A DNA stretch of 49,304 bases from Octopus bimaculoides (GCF_001194135.2 NC_068982.1:154319089-154368392); one strand, 5' to 3'; counted from the stretch's first letter, positions 1-11,460 are shown. A program made the numbers and translations. The notes: a model not told the origin generated them from the letters alone.

Positions 1-84
1 TGGGAGAATATACAAATAATAACAACAGACGAGGACAGGTGGTGTAAATAACAAAAGTATATATTAGTATGACGCTCGGGAATA
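1..84 (-). mobile_element. Fragment of Penelope-like terminal repeat (inverted homologue of 3559-3640)
   Basis: Reverse complement (TTCCCGAGCGTCATACTAAT...TTTACACCACCTGTCCTCGTCTGTTG...ATTCTCCCA) aligns with 3561-3640; followed by a TA/CA microsatellite. The Penelope assignment is inferred from the HHR-like motif in the 3.5-kb copy. Confidence 0.55.
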
Positions 85-105
85 TACACACATATATATA
101 CATAT

Positions 106-166
<61 letters not shown>

Positions 167-260
167 TATATATGTATGTATGCATGCATATATGTATGCA
201 CACATACATATATTCATATATACATAGATATATGTACTTAATTCTTCATCGTCTGTTTAG

Positions 261-391
261 GACTCACACTTTATGAAGTGTATGAGTGTTTGAGGCCAAT
301 GATTAAACCAAGCAGTGATTTAGATCTAGCAACAATACATAAAAAGAAAGAAAAACAGGAAATAACAGAAAAGCAGACTAGTATTGTTTGA
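261..391 (+). CDS. Candidate terminal coding exon of an upstream gene (GLTLYEVYECLRPMIKPSSDLDLATIHKKKEKQEITEKQTSIV*)
   Basis: Acceptor CTTAATTCTTCATCGTCTGTTTAG| at 260; phase-1 frame open for 42 codons to TGA at 389-391; protein-like composition in non-repeat sequence. No homology recognised. Confidence 0.4.
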
Positions 392-789
392 CAACGTGTT
401 TGAACAATAGTCGTATCTTCTTCAACATAGTTTGAGGGCAGGTATAGTTAGTAAGTGATAAAAAATATAACTGAATGCATGTTATGAAAGGAAATGACGG
501 TGCGATGCCCTTCATCTCATTCAGGGCTGATTAATCATTCATTGATTAATCAATCATTCATTGAGATATAATGGTAAACCTGCTACTCACCTGTATGCAC
601 AATTACCTTCTGTGCAGATGTTGCACGACTGATTCTCGATAACTCTGTGTGTGCATGTGTGTTTATGTATGTGGGTGTGCTTGTGTGAATCTTTGCATAT
701 GTGCGTATGTGTGTGTGTGCATATAGTTGTAAAATTTGTGTCTCCGCTTGTGAGTGAGCAAGTACAACGACACTGAGACTTAAGTCTGT

Positions 790-1290
790 CTTTTGACTTA
801 TAACTCCAAACGCGTCAGCATTGTTGTTTTATGGACATCAAAGACCAGCTATTACATACACAAACATCCTAGACTGCATAAAAGATTCTACCGACTGATT
901 GGCATGTAAATACTTGTTAATAAACTTCAGCCTCTGGCCAACAGCTTTTCTGTCACTTCTCTCTGACTCTTGTATCGCCTCTACAGGGATCCCTGCTTTT
1001 TGGACTGGGCTGATTTCGTATCATATTCACTCAGAGATACCACTCTAATTCTATCGCCGCTCATTCTCTCATCACATATATACATATTGTGTCCTCTTAG
1101 CGCCTGCGCTAACTACTACACCCAATCGTTTCTCCCTAGAACGTCATTATTCTAAAAATGCCCACTTTGCTTTTCCTACTGACTTGGATTACAATATTCA
1201 GGGACAAGAGCTGTATTGACCTTGCGGTTTCGGAGGTCCTACAAACATCATGGTCACACCTCCTACTTCAGACCATGCCATTAAAATGAA
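790..1290 (+). mobile_element. Decayed CR1/L2-group LINE 3' end (RT C-terminus)
   Basis: Frameshifted translation ...RLIG...LQPLANSFSVTSL*LLYRLY...YTQSFLPRTS...FPTDLD resembles the LQPLAHRR.V.SL.LFYRYY...QSFLPRT..LWN.LP C-terminus of CR1/L2-type RTs. Confidence 0.7.
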
Positions 1291-1527
1291 AGCTTTATGA
1301 TTCTTTTACGATTTTAAATACTTATATCCTGATAATCACAAATGGTTCCTTTTGAATACTGTACCATTTGTGCTCTTGAGTTACCTTAGTTTTTCAAAGC
1401 TTTGAATTAAGCTTCGCTTTCAATGCAGAGGTGTGTGTTCTCATTGCTTGGCTTGAGGCTATTGCTGATGTTGCCTTTTAGGTAAAGTATTGGTTTGCTC
1501 ACATATTATCGCATTCCTTGTCTACAG

Positions 1528-2710
1528 ATGACACTACAATAGTCATTTCAAAAAGCCATTATTTTATATCCAGTGTATTTCATGACATGATCAAAGAGAA
1601 TAATTATTATCGGAATTTTAAAATGCTGGTTTTTTATATGAAAGGAATGGAAACAGAAAAGAAGTTATCCAAGATGAAAGAGCTAATAAGAGTTAAATTG
1701 GATCAGAACATGTTTGACACAGATGAGAAAGCAGTATTGCAGGAGAAGGACAGAATGGAAAGGGTGATTGATAGAGTTGTTTTGTGACAGTGTTATTGAG
1801 ACTGGATTGTATGTGCGTTACGAGAGTCTGCCCAATGTTGTTGGCCTGGATGAACTGACGGAGCATATAACAGATGAAAAATTTTAACGGATTATAAACT
1901 GTATAAAAGAACAGTAAAATGAAACTGCGAGCTTTGTGGGGCTGTAAGCCATTCCATTCTTTCATTATAAATATTACATTCCATATAAGCTCTTTGACAG
2001 TAAATCTAAATCGTCTCCTGATTTAACACCTGCTATGGTCCTTGGGCAGATTTAACAGAATACACTATGTTTCAAGAATTCTGGCTAGATTTCCGATCAG
2101 AGAGAATAACTCCCTTCCTCTAGTCTCAGAATTCACGAAAGGGTCGATCATGTATACTGCTCTTTCATTGAATAAACTATTTAGAGAGATTTTGCCCCGA
2201 TAAAAAGTGAGAAAAGAATAAATTTGGAACAGAAGGAGCTCCACTAAAATCACCCAAGAAGCTGTAGGTGGGGGTGTTAAAACTGACAATAATTTAGACC
2301 TAGCAGCCGTCCTCCCACGCACACGTATGTGCTAGCCTTTGTGGCACGTAGTAATCTAACACTAGAGAGGTTGAATTACAGAACTCAGATCCCCCTTTAC
2401 ACTTCACTGATCATTTTCATTGAAGAGCGATCAAGTTGTAATAGTAGAAGACTGAAATCGCCCGACGTGGATCTTGAATAATGTAGTTTACGTGCCAAAA
2501 ACAGCATCTGTTTGAAAATACGTTATTTATGAGCAGATTAAATCCGTTTTCGTATAAAGTTTTAAATTTTGGTGCTGGAATGTAAATAAGCAGCAGAGAG
2601 GTTAATGACCGATTTGATTCACATCCGTTAGAGCGACTGATTATGAATAGAGAAATGAATACGTGATAGCTGTTAATAAAACGAATACACCCATGAAATG
2701 ACAAGAACAA
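1528..2710 (+). pseudogene. Decayed protein-coding tract of unknown origin
   Basis: Open stretches joined by stops and frameshifts: FHDMIKENNYYRNFKMLVFYMKG...RVIDRVV / DSVIETGLYVRYESLPNVVGLDELTEHITDEKF / IPFFHYKYYIPYKLFD / SEFTKGSIMYTALSLNKLFREILP / WILNNVVYVPKTA. Possible acceptor CCTTGTCTACAG at 1527. Confidence 0.5.
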
Positions 2711-3489
2711 AATATTAATCTTATCAATACACAGATAGAAAGGACAACAGAGTATGAGTACAAAAGATTTATAAGTAAAATATGTGTCGTCTCAATAGTT
2801 GTACTATAACATCTGATCATAAATTTAGAAATGATGGAATTACATTATAGACAAATAATATTGCTTGTTCCAATTCAATTATAGAGTTCATAGATATGTG
2901 CTAATAGGAGAAAACGAATCAAAGGCCTCTTTGTTATAAGTGACTTCCTTAATAAATCTTTATTAGGTAAGAGAATATTTGCATTGACATATAAAATGTC
3001 ATATAATGATAATTTATGCATTGATCGGTTTGTTGGCTTCTTGAACTTTTAAATAATAATTCCCTTAACCTTTCGTTTAAGAAGTTTTGTTTAAAAGCAG
3101 GAAGAAGTATTTTAGAACACAAGGTTTAAATGCTGGTTCTGCCATCTTCCAATAAACTTTATGTTGTGTTGATAGTTTATGGTTTTGTAGCATTATCTTA
3201 AACTGTATATTACTGGCAGTGATTGGAAAACTAAGTAAGCACTGATTTATCAATGACATTGCTTTTGGATATCTGTCCAGTATGAAAATAAACAGAAATT
3301 CATTATACCGAAGCAGATTTGTGTGTTTGAAACATATACATACATACATACATACATACATACATACATACATACATACGTACGTACGTACGTACGTACG
3401 TACGTATGTATGCATATATTATATACTTAGAGAGGGAGAGAGTTATATGTATAAATAAATAGATCGCTGACCACTACATTTATATTTTT

Positions 3490-3640
3490 TTTCTCCTTGT
3501 TTCTTTCTGTGTTCCTTTCAGTTGAAGAGCGTAGGTTCGAAACGTCAAAGACTTTCTCTATTCCCGAGCGTTAAACTAATACATCCATTTGTTGTTTACA
3601 CCACCTGTCTTCGTGTGTTGTTTTTTCGTAAATTCTCCCA
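3490..3640 (+). mobile_element. Penelope-like terminal repeat with a variant minimal hammerhead-like motif (3515-3550)
   Basis: CTTT-CAGTTGA-A-GAGC GTAG GTTC-GAAA-CG-TC-AAAG gives stem I CTTT/AAAG, stem II GAGC/GTTC and palindromic stem III ACGT; the core deviates from CUGANGA. Homologous to 1-84. Confidence 0.5.
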
Positions 3641-4579
3641 TATATATATATATATATATATATATANNNNNNNNNNNNNNNNNNNNNNNNNNNNNNNNNN
3701 NNNNNNNNNNNNNNNNNNNNNNNNNNNNNNNNNNNNNNNNNNNNNNNNNNNNNNNNNNNNNNNNNNNNNNNNNNNNNNNNNNNNNNNNNNTATGTATGTA
3801 TGTATGTATGTATATATGTATGTATATAAGCAACAAAGCAACAAAGATAAGCAACAAAAATTCAATAGGTTATAGCAGTACGTACGTTTCGTACAAGCTC
3901 CATTTATTCATGTAGTGAGAACACCACATAGAATTTACATTGAAAATGTACTCCTCAGCTGCATAATGGAATTTCATTTTAGAAAGTCATTTAGAAGATG
4001 TTTGCAAAAAAAAAAGAGTAAGAGAAGAAAACATACCATCTCCACTATGCTTCTGTCTAACAGACTAGTGACTGCTATAACCCATTGAATTTTTGTTGCT
4101 TAACTTCAAATTTTATTCACCAAATCTCTTGATTTTGTTTTCGGTTTTTACCCTACCAAATTCTGCTGCACTTACAGAACTCCTAGATTATATTCAACGA
4201 AGTTACTTTTTTCCCAAGCGTGCGCATTCTTGACTTGTTATTAAAACAGTTAGAGACACACGTACATACACACGCAATCACACAATCACATATACACATA
4301 CGCGCGCATACACACAAACCGCAATTTAAACTGCACTCACATTCATGCAACGAACACAAACACTTACACATTCCAAACACATATACATACACCCACTTGG
4401 ATAAAAACAAAAGACAATTTGAATTATTTTGTCACTCAAAAATCGCAATTTGAATTGCACACGCACGCACCTAAAACTATATAACTGCATTCCAAGCTCT
4501 TGACATATACCAATACACGCATATACACACAGTATGACCGTCACGTTACATATGCGTACATACCCCAACAAGGTTATAT

Positions 4580-4893
4580 AAACGATAAACGTCGCCCTTT
4601 CAAAGCCTAGCTGGGCTCATGGGCCTGGTTTCCCGGTTTCTATGGCGTATGTGTTCCGCCCAGCTGGACGGGACGCCAGTCCATCGCAGCGTTACTCAAG
4701 AAACAGGAAGAAAGAGTGAGAGAAAGTTGGGGTGAAAGAGTACAACAGGGGTCGCCACCACCCCCTGCCGGAGCCTCGTGGAGCTTAGGTGTTTTCGCTC
4801 AATAAACACTCACAACGCCCGGTCTGGGAATCGAAACCGCGATCCTCCGACCGCGAGTCCGCTGCCCTAACCACTGGGCCACTGCGCCTCCAC
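4580..4893 (-). mobile_element. Full-length tRNA-derived SINE with target-site duplication
   Basis: Minus-strand head GTGGAGGCGCAGTGGCCCAGTGGTTAGG (A box)...GGTTTCGATTCCC (B box); flanked by CCCAACAAGGTTATAT (4564-4579) and CCCAACAAAGTTATAT (4894-4909). Confidence 0.9.
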
Positions 4894-5194
4894 CCCAACA
4901 AAGTTATATGGGTATATATAACCACACATATACCCATACACCCATGCATCATACACATCCAACTCACATTCGTATATACATGCATTCAACAAACGTACCA
5001 AAAGCACCAGGTCACTAACCTCCTATGCTCTTGCACTGTACCTTGTTACACATACTTCAGCATGTGTATCAGCACTTGCAGATGCCTGACACAAATAACT
5101 CCACAAAGCTCATTCGCACTTTTACAAAAGCACTTTTCGTTTAAGCACTAAACGAAGACACTAAAACTTTATTCATCGTGTTCTGTTCGTTCAC

Positions 5195-5257
5195 AGTGTG
5201 TCTTTCAAAGTTGAACCCGGAGTCATGTGGTTGAGAAGCAAGCTTCTTGACCCAGCC

Positions 5258-5260
<3 letters not shown>
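5195..5260 (-). mobile_element. SINE head fragment (composite SINE family)
   Basis: Minus strand TGGCTGGGTCAAGAAGCTTGCTTCTCAACCACATGACTCCGGGTTCAAC has A/B-box-like spacing and resembles the head of the microsatellite-containing SINE family recalled for this genome type. Confidence 0.55.
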
Positions 5261-5290
<30 letters not shown>

Positions 5291-5692
5291 NNNNNNNNNN
5301 NNNNNNNNNNNNNNNNNNNNNNNNNNNNNNNNNNNNNNNNNNNNNNNNNNNNNNNNNNNNNNNNNNNNNNNNNNNNNNNNNNNNNNNNNNNNNNNNNNNN
5401 NNNNNNNNNNNNNNNNNNNNNNNNNNNNNNNNNNNNNNNNNNNNNNNNNNNNNNNNNNNNNNNNNNNNNNNNNNNNNNNNNNNNNNNNNNNNNNNNNNNN
5501 NNNNNNNNNNNNNNNNNNNNNNNNNNNNNNNNNNNNNNNNNNNNNNNNNNNNNNNNNNNNNNNNNNNNNNNNNNNNNNNNNNNNNNNNNTATATATATGT
5601 ACATACATGCATACATAAATGCATACATACATACATACACACACATATATATATATATATAAGCTACATTAAATCTCTGTTACGGAATAGTA

Positions 5693-6033
5693 ACATATAA
5701 TTACCAACTGTGGCGTCCTATACAAAAGAGTGCTACTGCTGTCTATAGTCCCAGGAAGACAGCACTTCCAGCAGGCTAACGACACACATTCTGTGTCCGA
5801 ATAGTATTTGTGAGGGGAAGTCATCGCTTCCATCTCTAGCCTTGACGTAATACACCTAGAAACTTGAGTCCGTGTGTATCACGTCAAGGCTAGAGATAGA
5901 AGCGATGACCTCCCCTAGCAAATACTAATCGGATATAGAATGTGTGTCGTTAGCCAGCTGGAAGAGATGTCTTCCTTGGGCCATAAACGTCAGTAGTACT
6001 CTCCTGTATAGGACATCACACTTGGTTGACAAT

Positions 6034-6040
<7 letters not shown>
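5693..6040. mobile_element. Fold-back element 1 (about 160-bp inverted arms, 18-nt apex)
   Basis: 5693-5855 is the reverse complement of 5874-6040 (about 80% by eye); apex CTAGAAACTTGAGTCCGT; arms are homologous to fold-back 2. Confidence 0.9.
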
Positions 6041-6077
<37 letters not shown>

Positions 6078-7190
6078 AATGTGTAATGGTGTCTGTCTGT
6101 GTGTGTTTGGAGTTACTCTAACCCCTCCCACACCGTCCAACCGTTTTTCATGTTTTTTTGGGGGGCAAATAGATAGATCACATGCCTTGAAGTACAAATA
6201 AGGCCGGAATTTTTCTAAAACTCGATAATGCTTAGTTGGCATCAATTTTTGTGAGCGAGCTCAGTCGGGCGTTTGAATGGAAATTACCATATCGATGTTA
6301 TTTTACCAGCCATATCGATGTTCATGGCAGTGAACTGATGTCAGTATATGGCGTTGATAAAAAATCGATAATTGCGCCTGAGCAGTGGTTTTATCAAATT
6401 AATAGGTTTTTGCGTACAAATATCCATAGGGATTTTATTTTTGGCCGTAACTTTTATATTTTTCCTCCAATTTTAATGAAATTTGAGATTTAGGTAAATT
6501 TTGTGGTAGAGGAGACGCTAAAGGTATTAATTTAATTCCAGAGGAATCGGAAGTGCACAAGCGTGCATCAGCTTTTTTCAGAGACTATTCTATCGATTTT
6601 AAAAATATGTTACACGTGATTATTGTTCATGTCCATAAGCTGAATGCGGCATACATTTTAATTGGTAATAGTTGGCACGGGGAACGTAGAAAATTTCAAT
6701 ACAAGGTCAATACAGAAATCACGAGCAACGCCGGGTCCAATAGCTAATATATATATATATATANNNNNNNNNNNNNNNNNNNNNNNNNNNTGTATGTATG
6801 TATGTATGTATGTATGTATGCATGTATGTGGGAGATTTGTTTATCTGTGTCTCGATGATATTTATCTGAATCAATTTGAATAGCATTCACCCTTTCTGTG
6901 TCTATTGTTTCTGTGTATTATTAATTTTTAATGATGGAATTAAAGCTGTATACACCATGTACAATTTATAAGAACCACTATACAATGTAAATATAAGCAG
7001 TATTGCTACATGTTGTCCCGCAATTTTGCTTGTGAAAGACTGCATTTATCAATTTACCACAACCCTTTTTTTAGGTTTACCGAAACCCGTATGATCTGGC
7101 CTAAATGTCGGAAGCAACCAAGGTTGGTTTCTAACAAAATATGCAATGTAACCTGAGCTTTTTTCGAAATTTGTTCAGCATAAACTTTTA

Positions 7191-7453
7191 TCATTCATCC
7201 ATTTTCTCCGCCTATCATTCCTAGGGTGGTTATGGAGGTAGTCCTCAGGCACCTCCTCCATAGGATCCTATCAGAATCAATTGTCGTTACTCTTTCCGGC
7301 TGGATTCCCAAGCGCGAACAACTGAGGCTATGGATATTATCCAAACATTTCGTTATTAGTCTACCCCTTGGTCTCCCGCTGATTGGCACGGCTTGTGATT
7401 CTTTCCTGAGACATTCTAATCACATGCCCAAAGTACCAGAGCTGTGACCTCTC
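7191..7453 (-). mobile_element. RTE-clade LINE 3' end
   Basis: Translation ERSQLWYFGHVIRMSQERI...SGRPRGRLITKCLDNIHSL...DRILWRRCL matches the RTE C-terminal pattern (L.YFGHV.RM...GRPRGRP..RW.D); short GAAT-type tail. Confidence 0.8.
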
Positions 7454-7557
7454 ATTACGGATACAAAATCTGTGGTAACTTCTGCCAAACCATCAAGGGC
7501 ACTTCTACCCACTATTAGATATAGGAGCCAAATTTTCTAGTAATCACATGATGTTAC

Positions 7558-7590
7558 CTTGAAAATACACATAGGACAATGTAGTCAACG
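7558..7590 (-). other. Weak candidate 33-nt exon (VDYIVLCVFS or LTTLSYVYFQ)
   Basis: Minus strand TATTTCTTTTCAG|...CAAG|GTAACA; two frames open. Such pairs also arise by chance. Confidence 0.15.
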
Positions 7591-8606
7591 CTGAAAAGAA
7601 ATATGGGTTATTTGGATTGGAACGCATTTGTTCGCAGGTTTCATCGATCAGAAATGAAATAGAGCGAAACAAAGTGTTTGTTGAATATATGTATATAAAA
7701 CCATCTTACAAATCAAGAGGAACCTGTATAGTAAATATCTAGAAATTCTTCTCAATGAGAAAACATTTTTTAGATAAACATATTACACATTTCCAAAAGA
7801 CTATGAAAATTGCTTTTTCTCGGACACCATGAAAAATAATACTTGAACGTCTGGCACCATAAACGATTCCATCACATAATACTTATACATTTCTTTGTTA
7901 CTTGCAATTTGACTTTATTCCTGTACTTCATACTTTGTTTTTCTCTAAAAGTTTTCTGTTCTTTGAATTGCTTTCTTCATGTGTTGACTTTTTTTTTTCT
8001 TTTTGCGTATTTCCAGCAAAGAGAACAATATGCCCCGTTAAAGAGAACAATCTGCTTGTTAAGCATATATTAGTCGTCCACTGTAACGTGAGAATCCCGT
8101 GTGTGTGCGTGTGTGTGCGTGTGTGTGTGTGTTTGTGTGTGTTTGTGTGTGTTTGTGTGTGTTACAATGATTTTGAATGTGTGCATATTGAGTGTTCTGG
8201 TGTGTGGTTATATGCTCGTATATATATAAAAGAATGACTGTAAAGGCTTAAATGTTTAATATGAAGTAAAACGTCGGTGTTGTGAACTACAATAGGACAA
8301 TATTGCTGTGAAAGAAACTGACTGCGAATTCGAATACAATCAAAATAAAGGAATATACGAGAAAAGAAATAATACACCCCAGTGGGTTAAGAAACTTTTG
8401 ATGTCTCCAACAGAAAAAAAGAAAACTACTTAAAAAGCAAAACTGATAAAAAAATGTGAATAAATTTAATGCAATAGAAGTTTAAAAAGGCAAATTCTTT
8501 TGAACACACACACACACATGCAATCACGCGCTCGCGAACACTTACACACACACACTCGCAGAGAATCACTAACATAAACACACAGAGTCACTAAACACAC
8601 ACATAA

Positions 8607-8648
<42 letters not shown>

Positions 8649-9345
8649 NNNNNNNNNNNNNNNNNNNNNNNNNNNNNNNNNNNNNNNNNNNNNNNNNNNN
8701 NNNNNNNNNNNNNNNNNNNNNNNNNNNNNNNNNNNNNNNNNNNNNNNNNNNNNNNNNNNNNNNNNNNNNNNNNNNNNNNNNNNNNNNNNNNNNNNNNNNN
8801 NNNNNNNNNNNNNNNNNNNNNNNNNNNNNNNNNNNNNNNNNNNNNNNNNNNNNNNNNNNNNNNNNNNNNNNNNNNNNNNNNNNNNNNNNNNNNNNNNNNN
8901 NNNNNNNNNNNNNNNNNNNNNNNNNNNNNNNNNNNNNNNNNNNNNNNNNNNNNNNNNNNNNNNNNNNNNNNNNNNNNNNNNNNNNNNNNNNNNNNNNNNN
9001 NNNNNNNNNNNNNNNNNNNNNNNNNNNNNNNNNNNNNNNNNNNNNNNNNNNNNNNNNNNNNNNNNNNNNNNNNNNNNNNNNNNNNNNNNNNNNNNNNNNN
9101 NNNNNNNNNNNNNNNNNNNNNNNNNNNNNNNNNNNNNNNNNNNNNNNNNNNNNNNNNNNNNNNNNNNNNNNNNNNNNNNNNNNNNNNNNNNNNNNNNNNN
9201 NNNNNNNNNNNNNNNNNNNNNNNNNNNNNNNNNNNNNNNNNNNNNNNNNNNNNNNNNNNNNNNNNNNNNNNNNNNNNNNNNNNNNNNNNNNNNNNNNNNN
9301 NNNNNNNNNNNNNNNNNNNNNNNNNNNNNNNNNNNNNNNNNNNNN

Positions 9346-9691
9346 ATGACACCACTACAAATATCACACAACCCATCGCCACAAGAGCACCATACTTGAT
9401 AATACACAGTTCCCCCACAAACGCTTTAAGATAACTCTTACTGGCTTCACATACCCAACCAAAGGGCATAACTCCCAACCTAATACCCTGGAGCTTTTTC
9501 GTTTCACCGCCCTTTTTCAAAGCAGCTGCTGACCGGTTGTGTTAATTCATTTCCGACAATAGAGAGCAGTCGCCATATTCCCTTCCATATCGGCTAACTC
9601 TGATGAGCATAAGGTTATATAATCGGATTGTTACCTAACACTTCATTGTATTCCTTGCGCGAAACCGATTGGTAAGATCAGCGATGATGGA
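9346..9691 (+). mobile_element. Penelope-like element 3' end (upstream part lost in N-gap)
   Basis: Frameshifted ...SYWLH.../TQPKGI resembles the GIY-YIG endonuclease C-terminal YWI..L.T..P.GLN motif of Penelope-like elements; a hammerhead follows about 120 bp downstream. Confidence 0.6.
9584..9691 (+). ncRNA. Type I hammerhead ribozyme with intact core
   Basis: CTGATGA 9600-9606; stem II GCATAAGG/CCTTGCGC (9607-14/9653-60); GAAA 9661-64; stem III ACC-GATT-GGT; cleavage triplet GTA (9672-74); stem I TCCATATCGGCTAACT/AGATCAGCGATGATGGA with bulges. Confidence 0.85.
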
Positions 9692-10779
9692 TATAAAGGA
9701 GTTGGACAAAATAATGGAAACACCTAGCATCATAGCATCATAATTTTGAAATATCTATAAAACTCTCAAAAGCTTGTTTATTTTTGTTGCGTCAATTTCC
9801 GTTGTCTCATCAGTCAAGCCCGCTCAATTCTTCGGCTTTTTCGGACTTGCTTCTTTATTAGTATATACGTTTTCGTCATCCAAATTAATGCACGATTTAG
9901 CAATTCGCTAATGTTTATACATAAAATTAATAGAAACAGTAGGTTTATATTTTCAGAATACTTCCAACATTTTAATTCGTTGACATAGGGTTCATATCGC
10001 CATTTTTAATTTTATGCCTAATTAATTGATTTAGAAAACGGTAAAAAGATTTTTAACGGGATTTATAATATTTAATTGATTTATTTAAAAAATCCCATCT
10101 GCTGGTTTTCATTAAAATGGGTGCTTTAATTTTTTAAAAAGTTTGCTACCAATAATAATTGAATCATTTACCTATTGATATCTTTTGTCTAGTCTTATTA
10201 TTAGCCTTTCATGAGGAGAAAATGATCACACATACTAACAGAATGTTAATAGTAATGCAATCTCAAATCTGATTTCAAACACTTATGAACGAAAGTGAAA
10301 TTTTAAATTAAATATAGTGTAAGGACAATATATCGCTAAAGTATTCGATTTGTAAATTACCGAACGGACCTAAAAGTAAGTTACAATGGAGAGAATGTTC
10401 ATGTAAAGGTTATATTACATTGATTAAAATGCTGGTGTCTAATCAAGTAAGTTATTTCTCTGGTTTTAGCGAGGTGTTAGTTGACGACTTAACCAAAATA
10501 TAAATTATCTATAAACGAATTAATTAATAAAATTATCTCATAACTAATGTGCTTGTGTCTGAGATGTTTTTTTCCCATAAGAAACTAAGATTTCAAACAT
10601 CCCTTTTAAGGATAATTCCTATTGTCCTCATAGCTAGCAGAAGCTATTATAAAATAATCGAAGATTGTTTTTAACAGCGAGCAAAATTTATATAAATAAT
10701 TAATGTAGAATATAATTCAGTGTTTTCAACATTCAGAAATACAAACTCAAGTATTACGTCTTAATGCCTTCTAATTTAA

Positions 10780-11460
10780 TTTTCATGGTATCTGAAACTG
10801 CAAATTGGTTTAACATTAGTACCCTTCATCAAAATAACTACAAGAAAATACATTCACTTACATATGAATGATAAAGATGTATGCTACCAAAATGTGTCAA
10901 CTTACTCCTTTAATGACCAGTGGGAAATGCATACTGATAACAACAGGAGGCTCTCGAAACTTCATTTATGTCAATTTGTGAAACAAAAGAAGAATTACAT
11001 AGAACATATATTAAATTAAATACTTCAAGACGGAACTATAAACTTCATTTTGATTTTCGAGCGAAAATACAGCGTTTCTACCTCTCAACACCAACCTTAG
11101 CAAACTATTTGAAATCCTTGAGGAGATTTCCAGCAAAGAAGACATCCAAACTATATAGATTAGAGAGAACTTCAAAGATGACTATCGTTTGAGAAAGGAT
11201 TTGTCTACTGGAAACAACAATCCGAAATGAAGTGGTGAAATGGTGCAACGTTTTGCTGCACATAAATGATGTTCTTTTGGGGCGAAATAACTTTGTGAAA
11301 CCAAAATATTTTACTGGAAAAGAGGTCGAAATATTTCGCAACTATTGTGGATGCAGTACCAGACTTTTCCAACGTTAGGCACATATTCTTTTTTTGAGTT
11401 ATGTTCATTTAAAGAACACACCAAGTATAAGGTACAAGACAGATTTCTTAAGTTCACTGA
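10780..11460 (+). pseudogene. Decayed coding-like tract, unassigned
   Basis: Open segments across frames: MNDKDVCYQNVSTYSFNDQWEMHTDNNRRLSKLHLCQFVKQ / NLSKLFEILEEISSKEDIQ / ERICLLETTIRNEVVKWCNVLLHINDVLLGRNNFVKPKYF. Confidence 0.3.

Noticed and set aside
555-650. Minus-strand Cys-rich segment with CAG|GTGAGT donor
   Set aside because: The acceptor lies in a CA-repeat with no pyrimidine tract.
2014-2031. SPDLTP peptide as a mariner transposase motif
   Set aside because: Isolated; no surrounding DDD motifs or TIRs.
4580-4893. tRNA gene calls for SINE heads (also 17690, 31557)
   Set aside because: They have A/B boxes only, no full cloverleaf, and continue into SINE bodies.
6150-6760. DNA-transposon-like fragment (GGCCGTAACTTTT...CCAATTTTAATGAAATTT)
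   Set aside because: No paired TIR or TSD found; too weak to call.
9790-9820. Minus-strand CTGATGA-GACAACG-GAAA as another hammerhead
   Set aside because: No stem I, II or III pairing.
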